64,000 bases of DNA. Origin: Gemmatimonadota bacterium. Lineage in GTDB: Bacteria; Gemmatimonadota; Gemmatimonadetes; Gemmatimonadales; Gemmatimonadaceae. The stretch lies in NCBI GenBank assembly GCA_003223455.1, contig QHVE01000014.1:63077-127076 (forward strand), written 5' to 3'. A model generated the notes under the pieces. It made no database searches, had not been told where the DNA came from, and saw only the letters and a list, made by a program, of their open reading frames with translations. Position numbers and translations under genes: made by a program. Shown here one piece after another: positions 1 to 7,907 of this stretch. How positions within the stretch are numbered: the first letter of the stretch is position 1; each line of letters starts with the position of its first letter.

Positions 1-669
1 CGCGACGTCGTTCACGTCGGCGATGTGCAGCACCTGCCACCCGTAGCCCTTGAAGCGAAGCGCGGTGTCGTCGGTGAAGGTGAGGTCGGTGCTGCCGTCG
101 ATCGTGATGCGGTTGTCGTCGTAGAATCCGATGAGCTTCCCGAGCTTGAAGTGTCCGGCGAAGGAAGCCGCCTCGTGCGAGACTCCTTCCATCAGGTCGC
201 CGTCGCTACAGATGAAATAGGTGTAGTGGTCGACGATGTCGTGGCCGTCGCGGTTGAACGTCGCCGCGAGATGCGCCTCGGCCACCGCGAAGCCAACCGC
301 GTTCCCCACCCCCTGGCCGAGCGGGCCCGTCGTCGTCTCGACGCCGTCGGTGTAGCCGTACTCCGGATGGCCCGGGGTGCGGCTCTCCCACTGCCGAAAC
401 TGCTTCAGATCCTCGAGCGTGACCTTGTATCCGCTCAGGTACAGGCAGCTGTACAGCAGCATCGAGGCGTGGCCGCACGAGAGCACGAAGCGGTCGCGGT
501 CGGGCCAGTGCGGATCCGCCGGATCGTGCTTCATGTGCTTCGTGAAGAGCGCATAGCCGAGCGGCGCGAGGGCCATCGGCGTGCCGGGGTGGCCCGAGTT
601 CGCCTTCTGAACGCCGTCCATCGCGAGCGTGCGGACGGTGTTGATGCTGAGCAGATCGAGATCGGTCAT
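1..669 (-). CDS. tkt: transketolase, N-terminal ~223 codons (gene continues past window start)
   Basis: Hand translation of the minus strand from ATG (complement of 667-669) gives [50 protein letters not shown]...[23 protein letters not shown]...[32 protein letters not shown]...[31 protein letters not shown]. These are the conserved TPP-binding N-terminal blocks of transketolase. It is not in the ORF track because the frame has no stop inside the window. Confidence 0.9.
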   Translation of the reverse strand, partial: MTDLDLLSINTVRTLAMDGVQKANSGHPGTPMALAPLGYALFTKHMKHDPADPHWPDRDRFVLSCGHASMLLYSCLYLSGYKVTLEDLKQFRQWESRTPGHPEYGYTDGVETTTGPLGQGVGNAVGFAVAEAHLAATFNRDGHDIVDHYTYFICSDGDLMEGVSHEAASFAGHFKLGKLIGFYDDNRITIDGSTDLTFTDDTALRFKGYGWQVLHIADVNDVA

Positions 670-707
670 GTCGGGGCGAGGAGTGAGGTCGCGGAAAGAT
701 AGCAAAT

Positions 708-886
708 GGTGAGTTGGTGAGTTGGATCGTTGGTTGGCTGGTCGGTTGATTGGTGAGTTGACCGCGAACGGCCACGAACCAGCGTGGAGACTCCACTGAG
801 GGAGCTTTACGCTGGTTCGTGGCACGTGCCGTTCAGCTCACTAGTTCACCGACCAACTCACTAGCTATCCAACTCACCAACTCACC
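708..886. repeat. ~180-nt imperfect palindrome (long hairpin-forming inverted repeat) with low-complexity GGTGAGTT-type arms
   Basis: The left arm GGTGAGTTGGTGAGTTGGATCG... (708-785) and the right arm ...CTATCCAACTCACCAACTCACC (809-886) are reverse complements with a few indels. A perfect 15-bp core stem, GCCACGAACCAGCGT (771-785) / ACGCTGGTTCGTGGC (809-823), encloses a 23-nt loop. It lies between the tkt start and the stop of the upstream minus-strand gene. Confidence 0.8.
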
Positions 887-1528
887 CCGGTCAGCGTCGC
901 GCGTGTACGCGATCGCAACCCCTCCTCTCCGTGGAGTCAGCGAGACCGCCGTGCGAAGACGAGTGGCCGCCACCTGTCGCCAATCATGGGAGCGATGCCG
1001 GCTCACCAGCAGACCGAGCGCGCCGCCAGCGAGCCCGCCGATCACGGTGCCAGCCACGGCGTGGTCCGTGATGGGGGGATTCGGCGTGGTGGTCACGAAG
1101 TCGCAGAGGAAACAGATATTCTCCCAGCAAGGGTCGCCTTTCTGGCAGCCACCTTTTGTCATCCCACCGCCAACGAGCGAGCCCAACCCAGCGCCGAGCC
1201 CGAGCCCGATCACCGTGTTCCGCACGAGATGCCGACTCGATCGCATCCCGGCGCTCACGTCCAACCGCGTCGCCCGCGACACTCTCACGAGTGTGGTGTC
1301 GCTGCCCGCCGTGCCGCGCACGAGCATGCTGTCGCCGGCGATCGACACGAGTGTTCCCGTCCAGGCGTGCTCACCGGGGAGCTTGACCCGCACGTGTGCG
1401 CCGGGAGTCATGAGGGCGCTGGTCTGGTCGACGCGCATGTCGCGTGTCGTGGACTGGGCGTTTCCTCTCGCCGACACCGCACAGAGAAAGACCATCGCAA
1501 TGAGACACCTCGCGAGAAGAGGAGGCAT
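833..1528 (-). CDS. secreted/lipoprotein-like glycine-zipper domain protein (hypothetical)
   Basis: From ORF 833..1567(-). The start was moved to [25 protein letters not shown], which looks like a signal peptide. There are two glycine-zipper stretches ([17 protein letters not shown] and [17 protein letters not shown]). The last ~18 codons are encoded by the right arm of the 708-886 palindrome. Confidence 0.55.
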   Translation of the reverse strand: MPPLLARCLIAMVFLCAVSARGNAQSTTRDMRVDQTSALMTPGAHVRVKLPGEHAWTGTLVSIAGDSMLVRGTAGSDTTLVRVSRATRLDVSAGMRSSRHLVRNTVIGLGLGAGLGSLVGGGMTKGGCQKGDPCWENICFLCDFVTTTPNPPITDHAVAGTVIGGLAGGALGLLVSRHRSHDWRQVAATRLRTAVSLTPRRGGVAIAYTRDADRGELVSWIASELVGELVS

Positions 1529-1607
1529 GGTCGTGGCAGGAAGGAATGAATGGTGAGGGAGGAGCACCGGACGCGCTCACGGTGAGCGCGTCCGGTGCAG
1601 GCTTGCG

Positions 1608-2891
1608 TCAACGCTGCGCGAAGTACGCGAGCGCGCCGGTGGAGGTGGGGATGTTCAGGCGGTACGTCTTGTTGAGCGCCGTCGCGGCCGCATCGGCCAG
1701 CACGCGCTGACCCTCTGCGCTCGGGTGGATCCCATCGAGGCTGATGTACGGCCCGTAGGGCTGCGCCGTCGTCATGATCGAGATCGCGTTGAATGCCGGC
1801 TTGGTGGCGGCGCCCTCGTAGAGTGCACCGAGGGGGAAGTACGCGAAACCACGCGTCTGGGCTTCGTCCTGGATCACCGCGTTCATCGCCGCGAGTTGCG
1901 TGTTCACCGCCGCGACGTCGGTGGCGTCGAGGATGTAATCCACGACGGGCGCCGGAGAGTTGGCGCAGCTCAGCGTGTACGGGCCGTAACCGTGTTCTCG
2001 GTAGAAGATGCCCGTTCCCACCGCGGTCGGTACGATGCGGGGCACGAACAGGAGATTCGTGCTGTTCTCGCAGTTGGCGGAGATGAGGACGTTGAACGGA
2101 GCGAACGTCGCGCTGGCATTCCAGAACTCCGCACCGGTACGGAAGGCGGGGAAGCTGCGCACGTCGTTCACGAGACCCACGAGCACGGCGTGCTTCGCCG
2201 CGGCATCGACCCGCGCGGCGACCTGACGATACTGCGGCTCCCAATAGGCGACCGGCACCACGTTCACGCCGGGAGCGTAGTACCCGTCCCGCGCACCCAG
2301 GATGTCGTTCCCGCCGAGCTCCACGGACACGATCTTCGGGTTCTGCGACTCCATCGCCGTCACCTGCGACTGGCCTGGAGCGAGCACGCGCGGATACTGC
2401 GTCGCGTGACCGGGGTCGGGGCTCTCCGGCGTAGCCGTGAGCGCCTGTCCGGTGCGCGCGCCGTCGATCGCGACGTTGCCCGCCGGCAGGACCACACCGG
2501 CCTCGTTCGGCATGCACTGCCGCAGTAGGAAGTCGAGACCCGCGCCCTCACCGCTGGTGCGCTGGCCGGTTGCGAGCGGCGCGCTGAACGGGGCCGAGCA
2601 CCCGGGGGCCTGAATCAATGGAAGCGACAGCTCGCGATGCGCGAGCCGGGCGAGCTGCGCCGGCCACGACGTCTGCTGGGTCGCGCCGTACACGCCATCG
2701 CTCTGCACACCCATGCTGATGCTGGTGCCGATCGCGACGTATCGCTGGAAGATGCCCTCACCTTCCGAGATGAGCTCCGTGGAGCCCTGAGCGATCGGCT
2801 GACGTGCTTCGGTCGGTGCGAACGAGTTGTCCGTGCAGGCGGCGAGGGCGACGACGGCGAGGACTGCGGAGGAGAGGAGACGGGCGTTCAT
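1608..2891 (-). CDS. SGNH/GDSL-family hydrolase lipoprotein
   Basis: From ORF 1608..2981(-). The start is taken at MNARLLSSAVLAVVALAACTDN, which has a lipobox (LAAC). SGNH blocks are present: AIGTSISMG (block I Ser), ELGGNDI (block III) and DGIHPS (block V Asp/His). Confidence 0.8.
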   Translation of the reverse strand: MNARLLSSAVLAVVALAACTDNSFAPTEARQPIAQGSTELISEGEGIFQRYVAIGTSISMGVQSDGVYGATQQTSWPAQLARLAHRELSLPLIQAPGCSAPFSAPLATGQRTSGEGAGLDFLLRQCMPNEAGVVLPAGNVAIDGARTGQALTATPESPDPGHATQYPRVLAPGQSQVTAMESQNPKIVSVELGGNDILGARDGYYAPGVNVVPVAYWEPQYRQVAARVDAAAKHAVLVGLVNDVRSFPAFRTGAEFWNASATFAPFNVLISANCENSTNLLFVPRIVPTAVGTGIFYREHGYGPYTLSCANSPAPVVDYILDATDVAAVNTQLAAMNAVIQDEAQTRGFAYFPLGALYEGAATKPAFNAISIMTTAQPYGPYISLDGIHPSAEGQRVLADAAATALNKTYRLNIPTSTGALAYFAQR

Positions 2892-3216
2892 GGTATGGCT
2901 CCGGTTGGATTTCCTGTCCGGCGCGGTGCGAGAGTGACCGCGACGTGCGTTGGAGGAGCGCCCTCCGCAGCGTGGGCACACAGTCGCATCGCGCCACGCT
3001 CCAGTCCGTAGTGAGAACGACGTAGACGCGCGACCAGATCGACGTAGAGCCGCGCATCTGTCGTCGTATTCAGCGCTTGCACCGCTGGTACGCGCTTCGG
3101 CTCCGCGCTCGTGGCGCCGGATACGTCATTCTCGACGCGCTGCTACGTACTCTGACGGATCGTTGGCCCCTCGCCGCCGCGGCACCATTCCTCGCGACCC
3201 TTCACCGGAGCGACGA

Positions 3217-4230
3217 GTGGACGCCAGACGGCACGCGATCGATGGACAGCCCGGCGCGACGGGGCCCAGCATCCGCGGGATCGCCTACGTGTATGCGTCG
3301 GCGTCGCGCACGGTGCGCGACCTGGCCGCGAGCGGCGCGCTCGAGAGCGACCCCGCCGTGCTGGAGGGGTTCGGGTTCGATCGCGTGCACGTGGCCGTCG
3401 AGGAGACTCCGTACGATCTCGCACTCACGGCCGCGGCCCGGCTGCTCGACGAGCAAGGAGTGGATCCGGCCAGCGTCGGTCTTCTCGTATACGCGGGCAC
3501 GCCCAGCGCCATGGCGTTCGCCGCCGCCTCGGATGCCGGCGCCGGCGCGGCGGCGCTCTGCACCGCCGACCGGTTTCGCTATCCGGTGACGCGGCTGCAG
3601 CACGAGCTCGGGCTCGAGCGCGCCGCCGTGCTCGCGCTCGATCAGCTGGCGTGCACCACACTCTTCGGAGCGATCCGCGTGGCGCGCGCGATGATGGCCG
3701 CCGAAGGAATCGATCGGGCGCTCTGCGTGGCGAGCGAGTTCTATCCGGCGCACGCCGGTCGCGAGGCCGTGTACAACTGCACCTCGGACGCGGCGTGCGC
3801 GCTCCTGCTCGACGCGACCGACGACGCAGACGCGCGCAACCGCATCGTCGGCGCCACTACCATATCGAAGGGCTACTACTGGGATCCGGAAGCGATGCGC
3901 GAGGAGGTAATCGCCTCGTACTTCCCCACCGCCGTGCACGCGATCGGTCGCGCGCTCTGCGATGCCGGCTGGCGCCCGGAGGACGTGGACTGGGTGATCC
4001 CGCACAACGTGAGCACGCGAAGCTGGGAGGTGCTGCTCCGCTTGATGCGGCTGCCCAACGCGAAGCTCTGGGCGCACAACATCCCCCGCCGCGGCCACAC
4101 GCTGTCCGGCGACAACTTCATCAACCTGCGCGACGCGATCGACGGCGGCGACGTGCGCCCCGGTCAGCGCGCACTCCTCTTCGCCTACGGTTACGGCGCA
4201 CACTGGACGGCGCTCGCCGTGGAGGCCTGA
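3217..4230 (+). CDS. 3-oxoacyl-ACP synthase III (FabH/KAS III)-like condensing enzyme or acyltransferase
   Basis: C-terminal ~337 codons of ORF 2950..4230. It has IRGIAYVYASASRTVRDL (a FabH-like N-terminus), the nucleophile Cys in DQLACTTLFGA and His in VIPHNVS. The position of the FabH GNT Asn reads GHT. The start is assigned to GTG 3217, preceded by GGAG 6 nt upstream. There is no in-frame ATG nearby, so the start is uncertain. Confidence 0.8.
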   Translation: MDARRHAIDGQPGATGPSIRGIAYVYASASRTVRDLAASGALESDPAVLEGFGFDRVHVAVEETPYDLALTAAARLLDEQGVDPASVGLLVYAGTPSAMAFAAASDAGAGAAALCTADRFRYPVTRLQHELGLERAAVLALDQLACTTLFGAIRVARAMMAAEGIDRALCVASEFYPAHAGREAVYNCTSDAACALLLDATDDADARNRIVGATTISKGYYWDPEAMREEVIASYFPTAVHAIGRALCDAGWRPEDVDWVIPHNVSTRSWEVLLRLMRLPNAKLWAHNIPRRGHTLSGDNFINLRDAIDGGDVRPGQRALLFAYGYGAHWTALAVEA

Positions 4231-4231
4231 C

Positions 4232-5386
4232 GTGTACACTTCAAATAGTCGCGTCGACCTCGGCGCCGCACACGGCGACGGTCACGTGCTCGTCACGGGT
4301 GCCACCGGTCTGCTCGGCGCCGAGCTCGTACGGCGCTGGGCGAAGGCCGGTACGGTGCGCCGCATCGCCGTGCTCGTGCGCGACCGCGCGCGGTGGGACG
4401 CGGTCGCGTGCCGCCTCGCCCTGTCGGACGATGCCGTCGTCGCGCTCGAGGGCGACGTCACGCGCGAAGGGCTGGGTCTCACGCACGACGCACGCACGTG
4501 GCTCGCGCGCCACGCCACCGCGATGGTGCACCTGGCGGCGGACACGACGTTCTCGCGCCCGCTCGACCAGGCGCGGCTCGTCAACCGCGACGGCACCGCG
4601 CACCTGCTCGCGCTCGCGGCCGACTGCCCGCGCGTCGCGCGCGTCGCCTTCGTCAGTACGGCGTTCGTCGCCGGTCGTCGCACCGGGATCGTCGCCGAAT
4701 CCGACGACGGCGCGGCCACGGCGCAGATCGGCTGGGTGAACGCCTACGAGCAATCGAAGGCGGAAGCGGAGGCGCTGGTGCGCTCGGCGCGCCGGGACTG
4801 GGTGATCCTGCGCTCGAGCACCATCGCCTGCGACGACACGAGTGGCGTGGTGACGCAGCGGAACGCGGTGCACCAGGCGCTTCGCCTCTTCCACGACGGC
4901 CTCGCCGCGATGATTCCCGGCGTGTCGGACTCGGTGCTCGACGTCGTGCCGGCGGACTACGTCGCCGACGCGATCGCCCGGCTCGCGCTGCGCCGCGATC
5001 TGGACGGCGCCACGGTGCAGCTCTGCGCGGGCGCGGGCGCGATGCCACTCGGCGAGCTGCTCGACGAGTGCTACGCGCGCTGGGCGACCGATGCGACCTG
5101 GCGGCGCCGGCGCATCGCTCCCCCGTCGCAGGGCGACCTCGAGACGTGGGAGATGTTCACGCAGGCGGTGGAGGAGACTGGGCATCCGCGGCTGCGCCGC
5201 GTCACGCGAGCGCTCGCGCACTTCCTGCCGCAGCTCGCGCTGCCCAAGCGCTTCGACACTCGACGCGCGGACGCACTGCTCGGCGCCGCCGCGCCGCCGG
5301 TGCACGAGTACTGGGGCCGCATGATCGACCACCTTCAGCAGACGGGCTGGCGCGGCGTGCCGGGCCTCGCGGAGGTGGCCGCATGA
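4232..5386 (+). CDS. thioester-reductase-type SDR (NAD_binding_4 / fatty-acyl reductase-like)
   Basis: Contains a Rossmann motif (VLVTGATGLLGAEL) and the catalytic YEQSK (YxxxK). Length and layout match NRPS/PKS terminal reductase and fatty acyl-CoA reductase domains. It starts (GTG) 1 nt after the KAS III stop. Confidence 0.8.
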   Translation: MYTSNSRVDLGAAHGDGHVLVTGATGLLGAELVRRWAKAGTVRRIAVLVRDRARWDAVACRLALSDDAVVALEGDVTREGLGLTHDARTWLARHATAMVHLAADTTFSRPLDQARLVNRDGTAHLLALAADCPRVARVAFVSTAFVAGRRTGIVAESDDGAATAQIGWVNAYEQSKAEAEALVRSARRDWVILRSSTIACDDTSGVVTQRNAVHQALRLFHDGLAAMIPGVSDSVLDVVPADYVADAIARLALRRDLDGATVQLCAGAGAMPLGELLDECYARWATDATWRRRRIAPPSQGDLETWEMFTQAVEETGHPRLRRVTRALAHFLPQLALPKRFDTRRADALLGAAAPPVHEYWGRMIDHLQQTGWRGVPGLAEVAA

Positions 5387-5664
5387 GTGGCGCGCACGTG
5401 GTGCTGTCGCGCGCGGCGCTCCTGTCCGAGCTACTGGCGTGGCTCAACCAACGCTTTGCGCCCGACGGTCCGTCCATCCGGGCCGACACGCCGCTCTTCG
5501 CGAGCGGCCTGCTCGACTCGCTGCGCATCCTCGAGCTCATCGCGTGGACCGAGCGCGCCATCGGGCGCGAGATCCCGGATGCCGCGATCCGCATGGACAA
5601 CTTCGCGACTCCGGCGCGCATCGCCGAGCTGTTCGCGACGGAGGATCGACATGCGCTCCGCTGA
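5383..5664 (+). CDS. small acyl/peptidyl carrier protein
   Basis: 93 aa: MSGAHVVLSRAALLSELLAWLNQRFAPDG...DTPLFASGLLDSLRILELIAWTERAIG..., with the phosphopantetheine-attachment motif (G)LLDSL. The ATG overlaps the reductase stop (ATGA at 5383-5386). Confidence 0.75.
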   Translation: MSGAHVVLSRAALLSELLAWLNQRFAPDGPSIRADTPLFASGLLDSLRILELIAWTERAIGREIPDAAIRMDNFATPARIAELFATEDRHALR

Positions 5665-6559
5665 CCGCGTCGTGACGGAGCTGCGCGCGCGCGGCGAGCT
5701 GTGGGAGGCGGCTCCCGGACTCGTCGGATTGCGCGGCGACACGCTCGTCCTCTACGAGCTGATCGAGCGTCTCGCCGCCGAGTCGGCGGGCGACGGCGTG
5801 TGCGAGCCGTGGCGTCCCCCTGCCGCGCTCGCGCTCTCGACGCTCGTGCGGGCACGCTACTTCGAGTCCTTCCCGCAGTGGCTCACGCTCGCCGCGCATC
5901 TGCGCGAAGATGCGGCCTCGCTGGAGCGCGTCGCTCGCAGCACCGACCCCGCCACGGACGCGTGCGACGCGTGCGCACCCGCCGACGCCGCGCTCCCGCC
6001 CGCCGTGTGCTATCACGTCTACGCCGCGCTCGCCGGTCGCGTGCTAGAACAACCGTTGCAGGTCACGACCCAGGGTACCTGCTGGCGCCACGAGGGCGAC
6101 GCGCTCCGCCCGCTCGCGCGCGGGTGGGCGTTCACGATGCGCGAAGGGGTGTGCCTCGGCGACGCCGACGTCGTCACCGCGTTCCGCGATCGCGGCATCG
6201 CCCGCGCGCGCACGCTCGCCGCGGCGCTCTCGCTCGATGCGCGGCTCGAGGAGGCGACGGATCCCTTCTTCCGCCCGACCGCGCGCGGCCGCGAGCTGCT
6301 GCAACGCGTGAAGGGACTGAAGCAGGAGCTTCGGCTCCCGGTGGGCGACGACACCGTCGCCGCGGCGTCGTTCAACCTGCACGAAGGCTTCTTCGGCCAG
6401 GCGTTCGACATCCGCCTCCCCGACGGCTCGCCCGCCGCGAGCGGCTGCGTGGCCTATGGCATCGAGCGCTGGCTCCTCGCGTTTCTCGCCGCGCATGGCA
6501 CGTCCGCCCGCGGCTGGCCCGCCGTTCCATCCATCCATCTTCCGGAGGCTGCCGCATGA
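5651..6559 (+). CDS. class-II aaRS (seryl-tRNA-synthetase catalytic core)-like amino acid--[carrier protein] ligase
   Basis: 302 aa starting MRSADRVVTELRARGELWEAAPGLVGLRGDTLVLYELIERL, with GGAGGA 5 nt upstream. Motif-2-like PPAVCYHVYAALAGRVLEQPLQVTTQGTCWRHEG and motif-3-like ASGCVAYGIERWLLAFLAAHG are present. There is no N-terminal tRNA-binding arm. It sits immediately downstream of, and overlapping, the carrier-protein gene. Confidence 0.75.
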   Translation: MRSADRVVTELRARGELWEAAPGLVGLRGDTLVLYELIERLAAESAGDGVCEPWRPPAALALSTLVRARYFESFPQWLTLAAHLREDAASLERVARSTDPATDACDACAPADAALPPAVCYHVYAALAGRVLEQPLQVTTQGTCWRHEGDALRPLARGWAFTMREGVCLGDADVVTAFRDRGIARARTLAAALSLDARLEEATDPFFRPTARGRELLQRVKGLKQELRLPVGDDTVAAASFNLHEGFFGQAFDIRLPDGSPAASGCVAYGIERWLLAFLAAHGTSARGWPAVPSIHLPEAAA

Positions 6560-7347
6560 CACTCCCACCTTCGGCGCTCGATCTCCATTCGTCCGCGCCG
6601 TCCGGCGCTTCACGCTCCGCGACGCCACGACCGGGCTACGTGCGCCTTGCCGCCGCCGCCGACCGCGGGCGGTGGTCGGTCGAGCGCGACGTGCGCTGGT
6701 CGTCCGTCGATCCGGCGCGCGCCCACGAGCGGTCCGACCTGCTCGCGCAGCTCTGCACCGCGGCACTCAGCGAGAGCTACCACCCGGTGCACCTCGGCTG
6801 GATGCTCCACGACACCTGGGACGACATCGACGCCGGCGCGGCGATCGCGTTCGAGCTGTACGAAGGGTTCAAGCACTTCCACGCGTTGCGCAGCTACCTC
6901 GACGCCGTCGGCTTCGAGCCGGCGATCACCGACGCGGAGCTCGTCGCCATTCGCGCCAATGCGCGCGCCGTCGGGCCCAAGGGCTCGCTCGTCGAGCGAC
7001 TCGTCGAGTTCATGCTCTCCGAGCATCTCGCGTCGTACTTCTTCCGTCGCATCGGCGAGCAGGCCACCGATGCGGTGCTGGCCGAGCTGCTCGCGTTCAT
7101 CGCCGCCGACGAGGTGCGCCACGCGCAAGCCGCGTCGGACCTGCTCGCCACGCGGATCGCCGCCGACCCATCGGTCGTGCCGACCGTGCTCGATGCGGCC
7201 GTCCACTTCCATCACTTCGGCGAGCAGGCCGTGCCCGACGTGCCGGTCGCGCTGCCAGGCGATCCGCTCGCCATCCGGTCGTTCACCCGCCGCATCGAGC
7301 GCCTCTGCGGCGTGCGTCTCGTCGATCACCTCAAGCGGCAGCTCTAG
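6556..7347 (+). CDS. ferritin-like di-iron (carboxylate-bridged) oxidase family protein
   Basis: 263 aa from MTLPPSALDL.... It is helical, with Glu/His-rich blocks (AFELYEGFKHFHAL, MLSEHLASYFF, IAADEVRHAQAA, AAVHFHHFGE) like di-iron oxygenase/desaturase four-helix bundles. The ATG overlaps the ligase stop (ATGA). Confidence 0.6.
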   Translation: MTLPPSALDLHSSAPSGASRSATPRPGYVRLAAAADRGRWSVERDVRWSSVDPARAHERSDLLAQLCTAALSESYHPVHLGWMLHDTWDDIDAGAAIAFELYEGFKHFHALRSYLDAVGFEPAITDAELVAIRANARAVGPKGSLVERLVEFMLSEHLASYFFRRIGEQATDAVLAELLAFIAADEVRHAQAASDLLATRIAADPSVVPTVLDAAVHFHHFGEQAVPDVPVALPGDPLAIRSFTRRIERLCGVRLVDHLKRQL

Positions 7348-7367
7348 CTGCGATCCCGGAGGGTCCC

Positions 7368-7907
7368 ATGGACATCACGTCGCGAGAGCTCGACTTCCTG
7401 AACTTCTATCGCGCCTCGGAGCTGCATGGAGGTCTCATCCTCGGCCAGGTCGCGCGCCGCGCGCGTGGCTCGGAGCTCGTGCTCGACCTCACGCGCCACA
7501 GCGCCGAGGAGGTGGTGCACGCTCAGCTCTGGACCGAGACGATCATCGCCGTCGGCGGCCAGGTCCGACCGGTGCGCGAGACCTACCAGGCCCGCTACGC
7601 GCGCTTCGTCGGCACGCCGATCGCGCTCGTCGAAGTCCTCGCGCTCACGCAGGTGTTCGAGCGCCGCGTGTACCGGCACTTCACCGAGCACCTGCACCGT
7701 CCCGCGACGCATTCCATCGTGCGCGTCACCCTCGCGCGAATGCTCGAGGAGGAGAAAGGACACCTCCGGTGGGTGAAGCGCTGGCTCGACGAGCAGGCGC
7801 GCGCGCGGGGCAGCGTGGTGGCCGACGCCCTCGCCCGGTACACGGAGGCCGATGCGCTGGTGTACGCCGAGATGACGGACGAGCTGGGATGGCGGGAGGC
7901 CGCATGA
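7368..7907 (+). CDS. ferritin-like di-iron domain protein
   Basis: 179 aa: MDITSRELDFLNFYRASELHGG.... It has two EXXH motifs (SAEEVVHAQ and LEEEKGHLRW) spaced as in four-helix-bundle di-iron proteins. It lies 20 nt after the preceding gene. Confidence 0.65.
   Translation: MDITSRELDFLNFYRASELHGGLILGQVARRARGSELVLDLTRHSAEEVVHAQLWTETIIAVGGQVRPVRETYQARYARFVGTPIALVEVLALTQVFERRVYRHFTEHLHRPATHSIVRVTLARMLEEEKGHLRWVKRWLDEQARARGSVVADALARYTEADALVYAEMTDELGWREAA

Noticed and set aside
5701-6555. Upstream extensions of ORFs 5701..7347, 6456..7907, 6647..9016, 8797..10143 and 9591..12509
   Set aside because: In each case the N-terminal extension is Arg-rich and overlaps the preceding, well-supported gene. 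An internal ATG gives a 4-nt overlap with the upstream stop and begins the conserved domain.
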